Shown here: one piece after another, positions 27,567-35,706 of the stretch
Layout of the letters: each line of letters starts with the position of its first letter
Position numbering within the stretch: position 1 is the first letter of the stretch
Sequence record: MZ501053
Source: Escherichia phage BrunoManser
Length of the DNA stretch: 49,298 nt
Strand: one strand, 5' to 3'
The notes under the pieces: model-generated
Told to the model about the DNA's origin: nothing
The model's database searches: none
The model's input: the letters and a program-made list of their open reading frames with translations, nothing else
Program-made: the position numbers and the translations under genes

Positions 27567-29618
27567 GTGAAAATTAGCAACGAAACACGACAGTATTTCA
27601 AAACTCAAAACATCAAAAAGCAGATCGAAATGCTTGGCGAAGAGTACATACGACGCACACAAGAACGTTTCACCGTAGGCGATATCAAGCCGTATGAATA
27701 TCAGGTTGCGGCATACTTCGAGATCGCAAAGCGCTTAGGTAAAGACTACGAACACCCGTTCTACGTGAAAGCGTCGGTATCGGCTGGCAAAACAATCATC
27801 TTCGCGATGGTTGCGAAACAGTGTCAAGCGATGGGTTTAAAAATGATGGTGCTTGCCCGGCAGGGTGAAATCGTCGATCAGGATAGCGAAGAGATCGATA
27901 ATTTCGGCGTTCCTAACTCTATCTTTTCCGCGTCGCTGGGTATCAAGTCTTGTCACTTCCCGATCGTAGTCGGTTCCGAAGGTACTGTCGGTAATGGCCT
28001 GTTTAACGAGCTGTCAGACTTCGTGCCGCACGTAATCGGGATTGATGAATGTCATCAGGTCGATTGGGAGGACGTAGCGAAAGCGATTGAGGGCGACGAA
28101 TCTTACGAACAAATGACGGCGGATAAAGGTCAAATCGTAATGAATGGCGATATTCCGCTGATCGGTAAAGACGGTTTACCTGTCACCGGGACGAAGCGTT
28201 CACAGTACACCGTAATCATTGTCGAAATGATGCGTCGTTGTCGTGAGGTTCACGGTCACGAATTGCGAGTATTCGGAATGACCGGATCGGAATATCGCGG
28301 AGTTGTTCCGATTCTTGTCGAAAATCCGAAGATGGTCGGATTCTGGCGTGAGCAGGTAACGAACATTGATACCAACTACCTGATCGAATTCGGTTCCGTT
28401 GTGCCGACAGTATTCGGATCTACTTCAGGCGTTCACTACAACTACGACAGCTTCACGGCATCCAGCGAAGACGGCGTAGCGGACTTCAGCGACAAAGACT
28501 TGAAAAAGATGGAAGCCGAAGCGCTGGCGAACAAGTCTTTAACCGAACAGATTATGCACATGGTCGCAAAGGAGGCGGAGAAGCGGAACGCGGTTCTAAT
28601 CACTTGCGCCGGGCAAAGGCATTGCAAAGAAGCCGCCGCAGCACTACCGCCCGGAAGCACTTACGCGATCATTACTGACAAGACGAACGCGAAACAGCGA
28701 CAAGCGATATTAGACGACGTTCGCGCCGGGAAGATTAAGTACACGTTTCAGGTTATGGCGCTTACTACTGGCGTAAACGTGCCGAATTGGGATTTTTCTG
28801 TAATCCTCCGCAAGATCGGTTCGCTTACCTTACTGATTCAGCTTTTAGGGCGCGGAATGCGACTACTGAAGAAGTGGCAGATTGAAGACGGAATGGTGAA
28901 GACAGACCATCTTGTTTGGGACTTCGCCGGGACTATGGACGAATTAGGGCAACTTTATTTCGATCCGATACTTGAGCAAGCGCAATACCAACGACGCTTT
29001 GAAACTGGTAAAGATCCGAAGAAATGTGAGCTATGCGGACACGAAAACAGCTTTTACGCCCGCCGTTGCGTTAACGTGATCGATGGAAAACGATGTGAGC
29101 ACTTCTGGACATATCAAACGTGCGAAGACCAGAAGGACGAAAAAACGGGCAAGATCCTTGTAAAAGGTTGTGGGGCGAAAAATGACGTTGTGGCGCGTGT
29201 CTGTCGTTGTTGTGACGTGTCGTTAGTAGATCCTAACCTGAAGTTATCCGGCAAGGCGTACACGAAAAATGATTGGTACGACGTTAAAAAGTTCGAAGTG
29301 CAGTTGACCAAAAACAGTAAAGGAATAATATTCCATTACGTGTTAGATAACGGCGAAGGTGAGTTCAACGCATACGAACGATTCTTCCCTGAATCCGAAG
29401 CGAAAGTGTGCGGTACGTTATGGAAAACTAAAGGCGTGTTGCCGCACGTATCAGATCCGAAGATGCGTAAATACTTCATCGGCATGAAGAACGCAATCAA
29501 GATCATGCAGTACGCGCACCACATCGCCGCCCCGGTTCGCGTGACGCACCGTAAGAACGCGAAGAAAGAAGACTTAATCAGCCGTAAAGATTTCGGCATG
29601 GAGGAAATACCAGAATGA
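27567..29618 (+). CDS. ATP-dependent helicase (SF2, DExH-type)
   Basis: 683 aa; Walker A ASVSAGKTIIF and DECH box (VIGIDECHQ); C-terminal Cys-rich region; likely non-ATG (GTG) start. Confidence 0.7.
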   Translation: MKISNETRQYFKTQNIKKQIEMLGEEYIRRTQERFTVGDIKPYEYQVAAYFEIAKRLGKDYEHPFYVKASVSAGKTIIFAMVAKQCQAMGLKMMVLARQGEIVDQDSEEIDNFGVPNSIFSASLGIKSCHFPIVVGSEGTVGNGLFNELSDFVPHVIGIDECHQVDWEDVAKAIEGDESYEQMTADKGQIVMNGDIPLIGKDGLPVTGTKRSQYTVIIVEMMRRCREVHGHELRVFGMTGSEYRGVVPILVENPKMVGFWREQVTNIDTNYLIEFGSVVPTVFGSTSGVHYNYDSFTASSEDGVADFSDKDLKKMEAEALANKSLTEQIMHMVAKEAEKRNAVLITCAGQRHCKEAAAALPPGSTYAIITDKTNAKQRQAILDDVRAGKIKYTFQVMALTTGVNVPNWDFSVILRKIGSLTLLIQLLGRGMRLLKKWQIEDGMVKTDHLVWDFAGTMDELGQLYFDPILEQAQYQRRFETGKDPKKCELCGHENSFYARRCVNVIDGKRCEHFWTYQTCEDQKDEKTGKILVKGCGAKNDVVARVCRCCDVSLVDPNLKLSGKAYTKNDWYDVKKFEVQLTKNSKGIIFHYVLDNGEGEFNAYERFFPESEAKVCGTLWKTKGVLPHVSDPKMRKYFIGMKNAIKIMQYAHHIAAPVRVTHRKNAKKEDLISRKDFGMEEIPE

Positions 29619-30040
29619 TTACCGACAAAGGCGACTATTTAGAATTCTACGAACGCGATCCAAGCGACACGCGGAAGGAGGTTAATCACCAGATCGAAAG
29701 CACATCGTTCGTTAAGGTTCGGCATCCTGAATTACTGTTCTGGCATAGCGTGAACGAGAACGAAAAAAGCAAGGTTACGGCGATGATAGATCAGCAATCG
29801 GGATTATTGAAAGGCGTTAGCGACTTCGTGTTCCTGATTGGTTTTAATCACCGCTACCCGTTCGGCGCTATCGAATTGAAGCGCGTCAATAAGTCGGGCA
29901 AAGGGAAGGCGTCACCAGTCAGCGACGAACAGAAATCTTTCTTGCGCAAGGTTCGCGAACGTGGAGGATTCGCCGCCGTTGCTTATGGCGTAGAGCAATT
30001 TAAATTAGCTGTCGCGGAAATGCTAAAACAGCACGAATAG
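29615..30040 (+). CDS. VRR-NUC domain nuclease
   Basis: 141 aa; PD-(D/E)XK-like core (GVSDFVFL...GAIELKR) typical of VRR-NUC proteins; overlaps helicase stop. Confidence 0.5.
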   Translation: MITDKGDYLEFYERDPSDTRKEVNHQIESTSFVKVRHPELLFWHSVNENEKSKVTAMIDQQSGLLKGVSDFVFLIGFNHRYPFGAIELKRVNKSGKGKASPVSDEQKSFLRKVRERGGFAAVAYGVEQFKLAVAEMLKQHE

Positions 30041-30043
30041 CTA
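30029..30043. promoter_or_regulatory. degenerate palindrome + hairpin module
   Basis: CAGCACGAATAGCTAAAAC, hairpin GCCGGAATGGAATCCGGTATTATC, leader CATCGAAACAACGGAGG. Confidence 0.45.
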
Positions 30044-30100
30044 AAACAGCCGGAATGGAATCCGGTATTATCTATTCATCGAAACAACGGAGGCGCATAA

Positions 30101-30334
30101 ATGAAAACTTTGGCAGAACTTAAGGCGATAGCTGTAGACCTTCAGGAAAGAATGAAGCCGTTAAATCATAAGCTTGAAAACTCCCAAATTACTCTTCGCT
30201 CAAGAATGTCCATAGAATCATCATTGCGCGAACTTAAAATATTCTGGTATGACGCAATGTGTGACGTTCACTCGCACCCAGAATACGAAGGTAACTTCAG
30301 ATTCGTAAAAGAAAATAACCCATACAGGAATTGA
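30101..30334 (+). CDS. hypothetical protein
   Basis: 77-aa ORF with RBS GGAGG downstream of a palindrome/hairpin module. Confidence 0.4.
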   Translation: MKTLAELKAIAVDLQERMKPLNHKLENSQITLRSRMSIESSLRELKIFWYDAMCDVHSHPEYEGNFRFVKENNPYRN

Positions 30335-30337
30335 AAA

Positions 30338-31051
30338 ATGAAAGACGAAAACGATAAAGTAACAATCGACACATTCGGTACAGGTTGCGAATTTGCCCGC
30401 GCCGGGTTAGTAACTGGCGGTCATTATCAGTATGTAAGGACGCGTCCCGAAGATATCGTATCCGGTCGCCGATACAAGGGAACCAATACGCCGGACGCGG
30501 TTCGCGATTTGTGGTCTACTCCGCGCGAAGTAGTGGCATATATGGAAGGCCGCTTCGGGAAATATGATCTTGACGCCGCCGCCAGTGAAGAAAATAAAGT
30601 GTGCGACAAGTTCTATTCGCAGGAAACAAACTGTTTAAAACGCTGGTGGGGTAAAAATAAACATGTTTGGCTTAACCCGCCATACAGCCGCCCGGATGTG
30701 TTCGTTAAGAAAGCGATCGAGCAAATGGAACACGGAAACCAGATTGATATGCTGTTACCTGCTGATAACTCGACGGCATGGTTTACCGAAGCGCGACGTA
30801 ACGCGGCGGAAATCATCTGGATCGAGGGCGATTTGTGGGAAGATATCGACGGAACGGAATTCGCCAGATCTGGACGATTGGCCTTCATTTCAGGAGCTAC
30901 CGGGAAGCAAGTAGACGGCAACAACAAAGGTTCTGTTCTGTTCGTCATTCGCCAGCTTAAAGAAGGCGAAACGCAACAAACGCATTACGTAAGCATCGCG
31001 GACATTTGTCCTTCAGTGAAAAATAAACGTGCAAAAGCGAGGAATATTTAA
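30338..31051 (+). CDS. dam: DNA N6-adenine methyltransferase (Dam-like)
   Basis: 237 aa; catalytic motif IV NPPY (WLNPPYSRPD); phage Dam-like size. Confidence 0.7.
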   Translation: MKDENDKVTIDTFGTGCEFARAGLVTGGHYQYVRTRPEDIVSGRRYKGTNTPDAVRDLWSTPREVVAYMEGRFGKYDLDAAASEENKVCDKFYSQETNCLKRWWGKNKHVWLNPPYSRPDVFVKKAIEQMEHGNQIDMLLPADNSTAWFTEARRNAAEIIWIEGDLWEDIDGTEFARSGRLAFISGATGKQVDGNNKGSVLFVIRQLKEGETQQTHYVSIADICPSVKNKRAKARNI

Positions 31052-31278
31052 TGAAACTTTTACTTATCGGCGAGAATAAATTATTCCTCCTTTATCGTGC
31101 AATGGTGTGCGCGGCGATTGAAAGCGCAATGGTCGAAGAAATGGTAGACGGCGAATTGTGGGAGTTTACAGAATGCCTTGATATGTCATTCGAAGAAATC
31201 AAGAATCAGCCGTTCGAGTTGTGGGATTCAATCATACAAAACGACTTGCGCGAATTCTTAGGAATTAGATCGCACTAA
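31051..31278 (+). CDS. hypothetical protein
   Basis: 75 aa, coupled to methyltransferase stop; palindrome module overlaps its stop. Confidence 0.4.
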   Translation: MKLLLIGENKLFLLYRAMVCAAIESAMVEEMVDGELWEFTECLDMSFEEIKNQPFELWDSIIQNDLREFLGIRSH

Positions 31279-31284
31279 TTGCTA
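31270..31284. promoter_or_regulatory. palindrome-like tCGCA-N5-TGCTA + hairpin module
   Basis: CGCACTAATTGCTAAAC, hairpin CCCGGCGAAAGTCGGGTATTATTATTTCATCAAAACGAAA. Confidence 0.45.
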
Positions 31285-31343
31285 AACGTACCCGGCGAAA
31301 GTCGGGTATTATTATTTCATCAAAACGAAACTGAGAAAAGCAA

Positions 31344-31538
31344 ATGGCTCGCATCAATAAACACTTTTTCGAAATGGCTCAATCTTCAGCGCGCGAAGGC
31401 GTAGAGTTAACCACGTATCACGCTGGTAACTTCGATTGGGATATCGCTATGAAGTTTCTTAAAATGGCATATTACCGCGCAAGCGTCGAAGAGGTGGAAA
31501 GCTTCATTAAGGACGTAGAGAAGGTGATTAATGATTAA
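31344..31538 (+). CDS. hypothetical protein
   Basis: 64-aa ORF downstream of palindrome/hairpin module. Confidence 0.4.
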   Translation: MARINKHFFEMAQSSAREGVELTTYHAGNFDWDIAMKFLKMAYYRASVEEVESFIKDVEKVIND

Positions 31539-31803
31539 AGAATCTGGAAAGCGGGCAGTGTGGGAACACGCAAAAGAAACAGGGCTTGCGGACGGGATCG
31601 CACTAATTGCTAAGTATTTCGACATTAAGGACGTTAGTATTATTGGCAACGGGAAGATAACATATATTGAAGAGCTTCCCCGCAAATGTCACCGCGTCCC
31701 GGCTGTTCCCGGTCTGGAATATTACCGGGAAGAAGGCAAGCGCATAATGAAGGAATTTAAGGAGAGTCAGAAGAATGGAAAGACTACCCGGCTTAAACGG
31801 TAA
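31531..31803 (+). CDS. hypothetical protein
   Basis: 90 aa, overlapping neighbours. Confidence 0.4.
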   Translation: MIKESGKRAVWEHAKETGLADGIALIAKYFDIKDVSIIGNGKITYIEELPRKCHRVPAVPGLEYYREEGKRIMKEFKESQKNGKTTRLKR

Positions 31804-32020
31804 TTTTGACGACTACCCGGAAACTGAGTTCGAAGGCGAAGTGTTTAAAATAATCCCTTTCGCTGATTGGTTGCCTTCCGACTTCGAAACGGTTCTATGT
31901 AGTCGCGGCGGAGGATATATAAAAATGTGGTATAGCCCACTAAAAAACATGATGATTTTCGACAGCGGCGGCGAAGGTATGAAGCCTTCAGACCTTGTAA
32001 ACTGGCTTAGGAAGAAGTAG
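31775..32020 (+). CDS. hypothetical protein
   Basis: 81 aa, overlapping previous ORF. Confidence 0.35.
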   Translation: MERLPGLNGNFDDYPETEFEGEVFKIIPFADWLPSDFETVLCSRGGGYIKMWYSPLKNMMIFDSGGEGMKPSDLVNWLRKK

Positions 32021-32045
32021 CATGTTCGGCTTTTTTGGTGTAGTA

Positions 32046-32074
32046 TTCACACCCGTAATAGCTTTCACTATCAT
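32046..32074 (+). promoter_or_regulatory. candidate sigma70 promoter (TTCACA-N17-TATCAT)
   Basis: Upstream of the HTH-metallophosphoesterase gene. Confidence 0.3.
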
Positions 32075-32105
32075 TTATCTAATTGTAATGTAAGGATGTA
32101 AAAAT

Positions 32106-33239
32106 ATGTCAACTGCAAAAATCACAACCGAACAGCTTATCGAAGAGCGTAGCAACGGCCTAACCCTTCGCGAGATCGCAGAAAAATACGGTATGCACAT
32201 TCGCACCGTCGAAGCGCGTCACGCTAAGTTAGCGAAAGAAGGTCACTTCCACGGCAACGCTCACGTAGCGGCCAACGTCCCGACAGGCTTCGCGGTCAAA
32301 GGTACTTCGACAATGATTCGTGCGGACGGTTCCGAAGTCGTTCGTTGGGTTAAGACCGATCAGGACAAAGAAAAGATTTACGAACTAATGAAGGCGGCAC
32401 AAATCGCATTTTGTGAAGACCTTCCGCGAGCGACGCCAAGCGACGCAACGCCGAACACTGAAGAAAGCTTGCTTGCGCTTTACCCGGTATTCGATCTTCA
32501 TATCGGCGCGTTAGCCCATAAACACGAATCCGGCGAAAACTATTCTACTGATATCGCCGAAGAAGTGTTGAACAAGTATTTCGACTACGCCGTAACCGTA
32601 GCGCCTGAAGCCAAAAAAGCCGTACTGTTAATCGGTGGTGACTTCCTGCATAGTGACGGTCTGGACGCAGTTACCCCGGCAAGCGGTCACGTTCTGGATC
32701 AAGATTCACGCTATGCAAAACTGGTTTACGTGGCAATCCGGGCAACGCGCCGCGCGATCTCAAGAATGCTTGAGAAACACGAAGAAGTCGAAGTGCAAAT
32801 CATTGAAGGCAACCACGATCAAGCCGGAATGATTTGGCTACGCGCTGCAATGGCGGCATATTACGACGACGAACCGCGCGTCTATGTCGATGTTAGCCCG
32901 ATGATTCTACATAAAACGAAGTGGGGTAAAACGCTTTTGGGTTACACTCACGGTCACACGATGAAGAAAGCCGACACGCGTTTAGCTGCTATGGCGGCGG
33001 ACTTCCGCGAAGAGTTCGGCGACAGCAAATACGTATACACGCATAGCGGACATTGGCATCATCAAACAATCACCGAGCACACGCTAGGGATTGACGAAGT
33101 ACACGGACAGCTAGGCGCTAAAGACGCTTACGCGGCGCGGGGCGGCTGGAGAGCATACCGACAAGCGGCGGTTATCGTGTACGACAAAAAATTCGGCGAA
33201 GTTGGGCGCTTCATCTACCGCCCGGAAATGACCGAATAA
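32106..33239 (+). CDS. metallophosphoesterase (calcineurin/Mre11-like motif set) with N-terminal HTH region
   Basis: 377 aa; motifs DLHIG, GGDFLHSDG, GNHD, THGH, GHWHH in canonical order; N-terminal ~45 aa LTLREIAEKYGMHIRTVEARHAKLAKEG looks helix-turn-helix. Confidence 0.5.
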   Translation: MSTAKITTEQLIEERSNGLTLREIAEKYGMHIRTVEARHAKLAKEGHFHGNAHVAANVPTGFAVKGTSTMIRADGSEVVRWVKTDQDKEKIYELMKAAQIAFCEDLPRATPSDATPNTEESLLALYPVFDLHIGALAHKHESGENYSTDIAEEVLNKYFDYAVTVAPEAKKAVLLIGGDFLHSDGLDAVTPASGHVLDQDSRYAKLVYVAIRATRRAISRMLEKHEEVEVQIIEGNHDQAGMIWLRAAMAAYYDDEPRVYVDVSPMILHKTKWGKTLLGYTHGHTMKKADTRLAAMAADFREEFGDSKYVYTHSGHWHHQTITEHTLGIDEVHGQLGAKDAYAARGGWRAYRQAAVIVYDKKFGEVGRFIYRPEMTE

Positions 33240-33240
33240 A

Positions 33241-33255
33241 TAGCACGAATAGCTA
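33241..33255. promoter_or_regulatory. palindrome TAGCA-N5-AGCTA + hairpin module
   Basis: TAGCACGAATAGCTAAAG, hairpin GGGGTAACGAGTTATAGTTACCCC, leader CATCAAAACAAAGGAG. Confidence 0.55.
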
Positions 33256-33313
33256 AAGACAAACGCGGGGTAACGAGTTATAGTTACCCCATCAAAACAA
33301 AGGAGATAGACAA

Positions 33314-33421
33314 ATGAAAGACTTCATCATCAAAACCGTAGTACCTTTCTTTGCTGGCGTAGCTGTTACCGGGTTCTTCTTGTGGGTTCTGTCTTTAGCT
33401 GGCAACTTCAACGGATTTTAA
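33314..33421 (+). CDS. small hydrophobic protein (35 aa), possible lysis-associated membrane peptide
   Basis: Not in ORF track (<60 aa); strong RBS AAGGAG; single TM-like segment (VVPFFAGVAVTGFFLWVLSLAG); downstream of palindrome module. Confidence 0.3.
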   Translation: MKDFIIKTVVPFFAGVAVTGFFLWVLSLAGNFNGF

Positions 33422-33431
33422 GGAAAACAAC

Positions 33432-33608
33432 ATGACTCGCGTTAAGTGTATTCGCAACGACTCTAAATCTTTACCGTTCCACGTTAACGAAATCTATTCG
33501 ATCGGCTATCACCACGGCGGCGGGATTTATGAGATCTACGACGGCAAAGGATCGGCAATTCAAGCGCCGCTAAACGGACATTATCTTGAATTCGTTGTTG
33601 TCAAATAA
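33432..33608 (+). CDS. hypothetical small protein (58 aa)
   Basis: Manual ORF with RBS-like AAGGAAAACAACATG; not in ORF track. Confidence 0.3.
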   Translation: MTRVKCIRNDSKSLPFHVNEIYSIGYHHGGGIYEIYDGKGSAIQAPLNGHYLEFVVVK

Positions 33609-33730
33609 CTGATACAAATCAAATCACTATCCTAAAGGGGGCTTTATGCCTCCTTTTTGTGCTGTTCCTTTCCTGTCCACCTTCCGTTATTATACCCCCA
33701 CTATCTTAAAACTTTATTGTGGGGTATTTC

Positions 33731-33946
33731 ATGAAAGACTTTATTCACGCTGCAACGTCCGGCACTGGCGGCGCTGCAATCACTAGCGCGGCAACAGGGC
33801 AGCTTGTTATCGCTGGCTTAACCTTCGTTTGTTTCTTAGGCTTCGGCGTTTGGGGCGCTTACTGGAAGTACCGCGACAGCAAGGCTATTCGCACGGCTAT
33901 CGACGCTGGGGATCTGAAGACGGCAATCAACATTCGGAATAAATAA
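33731..33946 (+). CDS. holin (small, single predicted TMD)
   Basis: Start set to ATG (MKDFIHAA...); hydrophobic core [21 protein letters not shown] followed by charged C-terminus; directly upstream of endolysin. Confidence 0.5.
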   Translation: MKDFIHAATSGTGGAAITSAATGQLVIAGLTFVCFLGFGVWGAYWKYRDSKAIRTAIDAGDLKTAINIRNK

Positions 33947-33948
33947 TT

Positions 33949-34446
33949 ATGAGCGCAATCAAGAACACTGTAGCGGCGACAGTAATTTCCGCCGCCCTTG
34001 TTCTTGTGCCGGGCTTGCTTGAGGAAATCGAGGGCATCCGGTACAAGCCGTACAAGGATATCGCCGGGATCTGGACGGTCTGTTCTGGCATTACCGGAAA
34101 GGATGTTATTTTAGGCAAGACGTACACGAAGAAAGAGTGCGACGCGCTACTTTACAAACACATCGCCGTAGCGAAGCGGCACGTTGATAGCGCGGTGAAA
34201 GTGCCTATTCCTGACACCATGCTGGCGGCTCTGTATAGCTTCACGTTCAACGTTGGCGGCGGGGCATTCCGTAAGTCAACCTTACTAAAAGACGTCAACG
34301 CCGGGCGATTCACGAAGGCTTGTTCGCGTCTTTATGATTGGGTTTACTTCTACAACCCAAAAACAGGGAAAATGGAAAAGTCACGCGGCCTTAAAAACCG
34401 TCGCGACATTGAATATAAATTCTGCATGAAGGAGTTAACGAAATGA
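33949..34446 (+). CDS. SAR endolysin (T4 lysozyme-like, GH24)
   Basis: 165 aa; weakly hydrophobic Ala/Gly-rich N-terminal segment ([14 protein letters not shown]) followed by E-x8-D-x5-T catalytic triad pattern ([16 protein letters not shown]). Confidence 0.7.
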   Translation: MSAIKNTVAATVISAALVLVPGLLEEIEGIRYKPYKDIAGIWTVCSGITGKDVILGKTYTKKECDALLYKHIAVAKRHVDSAVKVPIPDTMLAALYSFTFNVGGGAFRKSTLLKDVNAGRFTKACSRLYDWVYFYNPKTGKMEKSRGLKNRRDIEYKFCMKELTK

Positions 34447-34847
34447 AAGATTTTGCATTAGCAACATTTTGCGCATTGTGCATTACATTACCCGCGATCG
34501 TGCTGTCGGGCTGTTCAATGAATCCGCTGGATTCCCTGATTGGTAATAAGCCAGATGTGACGGCGCAAGTCGGCGCGGAGAACGTAAAACAGACTGTCGG
34601 CCTGACAGCTAAACAGGATCAGAAGAACGAAACGTCGGTCAAAGATTCCAACGTCGGCAAGGTGGATTCCTCCACTAAGAAGACGGAAAGCATTAAGGCC
34701 GGAACCATTCAGGCGGAACGCATCGAAGTAAACAACGGTAGCGAAGGCGCTGTATTCTGGTTCGGTGGCGGCATGATTGCGGCGTGGTTGATTTGTGCGG
34801 GGCTGTTGTGGTCAATCAGTTACAGGAAACAAAATAAGGAGGCTTAA
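34443..34847 (+). CDS. unimolecular spanin (lipoprotein N-terminus + C-terminal TMD)
   Basis: 134 aa; lipobox LSGC at N-terminus and C-terminal TM segment ([15 protein letters not shown]), as in T1-type u-spanins; overlaps endolysin stop. Confidence 0.55.
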   Translation: MKDFALATFCALCITLPAIVLSGCSMNPLDSLIGNKPDVTAQVGAENVKQTVGLTAKQDQKNETSVKDSNVGKVDSSTKKTESIKAGTIQAERIEVNNGSEGAVFWFGGGMIAAWLICAGLLWSISYRKQNKEA

Positions 34848-34860
34848 AGCCTCCTTTTTT
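34836..34860. terminator. bidirectional terminator after spanin (+) and ORF 34859-35107 (-)
   Basis: AAGGAGGC-TTAA-AGCCTCC followed by TTTTTT; stem overlaps spanin stop codon. Confidence 0.65.
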
Positions 34861-35107
34861 ATGCGAGAATGTCGATACTTTCCGCGACCTTCACTTCATC
34901 AGGGATTCCGCATTCTACGGCGTGGATTGTGACAGCCTTAGTTACAATGATCGGATCGGCTGCAAAGTCATACCCAATTACGTTTAACGTTGCACAGATC
35001 GCGCGGTTACGTGCTGCAAACGGTACGCAATCCGGGATTGTAACAGTTTCGACTTTGCGTTCGTCGGTGCGGGCATTTAATTTGAAGTTAACGCGGTAAG
35101 TAGCCAT
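34859..35107 (-). CDS. hypothetical protein
   Basis: 82 aa; preceded on - strand by palindrome/hairpin module and RBS AAGGAG; ends at bidirectional terminator. Confidence 0.45.
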   Translation of the reverse strand: MATYRVNFKLNARTDERKVETVTIPDCVPFAARNRAICATLNVIGYDFAADPIIVTKAVTIHAVECGIPDEVKVAESIDILA

Positions 35108-35165
35108 TTTGCTTTCTCCTTTTGTTTCGATGAAATGATAATACCCGGAATTAACCGGGTAGTTT

Positions 35166-35180
35166 TAACAAAAAGTGCTA
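35166..35180. promoter_or_regulatory. palindrome module (leftward orientation)
   Basis: Minus-strand TAGCACTTTTTGTTAAAAC + CCCGGTTAATTCCGGGTATTATC hairpin + leader CATCGAAACAAAAGGAG before ORF 34859-35107. Confidence 0.55.
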
Positions 35181-35381
35181 TTGGTATCGCGTCACGCTCA
35201 ATATGCAAACGCCGTCGCCGTCCGCCAGATTGTGACACGTTTCACCGGACGCCCGCATCGAAGACAACAGAAGAGACATTAGCGCCGTGTTGAATTCATC
35301 TTCTGAAAGCTGGTGCGTTGCGCAAAATTCGACGCTCCGATCTATCAACATTTCGACCTTTCCCGAACAAATCTTCATCAC
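35178..35381 (-). CDS. hypothetical protein (start uncertain)
   Basis: 67-aa ORF overlapping 3' end of 35296-35700 by 86 bp in another frame; its stop TAG lies in a palindrome module; real start may be a later ATG. Confidence 0.25.
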   Translation of the reverse strand: MMKICSGKVEMLIDRSVEFCATHQLSEDEFNTALMSLLLSSMRASGETCHNLADGDGVCILSVTRYQ

Positions 35382-35700
35382 TCAATTCCTCAATGTGCAT
35401 CATTTCATAATTGTATCTGTTCGCGTAACCTTCCACGCAAACGAGCTTCATCATTAGCGGGCGCTTGATACGCCCACGGCAACTATAAACGCCTCCAGTA
35501 CAATCTAAATAACCTTCAGTCATGCACCGGGCGCAAAACTCCTTCGACATAATGCTAACGAATTCGCGATGCGGTAACCCAGCCGCCGCCGCCATTCTTT
35601 CGGATTCCTTATGCTGGAATATGAATTTCGCGATGTGCTGTCGCGTGTACCGATCGTAACCTTCGCAGAATTTAAACAGTTCAAGTAACAGCATCATCAT
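35296..35700 (-). CDS. hypothetical Cys-rich protein
   Basis: 134 aa; several Cys (CEGY, CARCMTEGYLDCTGGVYSC); follows the 521-aa gene. Confidence 0.4.
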   Translation of the reverse strand: MMMLLLELFKFCEGYDRYTRQHIAKFIFQHKESERMAAAAGLPHREFVSIMSKEFCARCMTEGYLDCTGGVYSCRGRIKRPLMMKLVCVEGYANRYNYEMMHIEELSDEDLFGKGRNVDRSERRILRNAPAFRR

Positions 35701-35706
35701 TTCACC

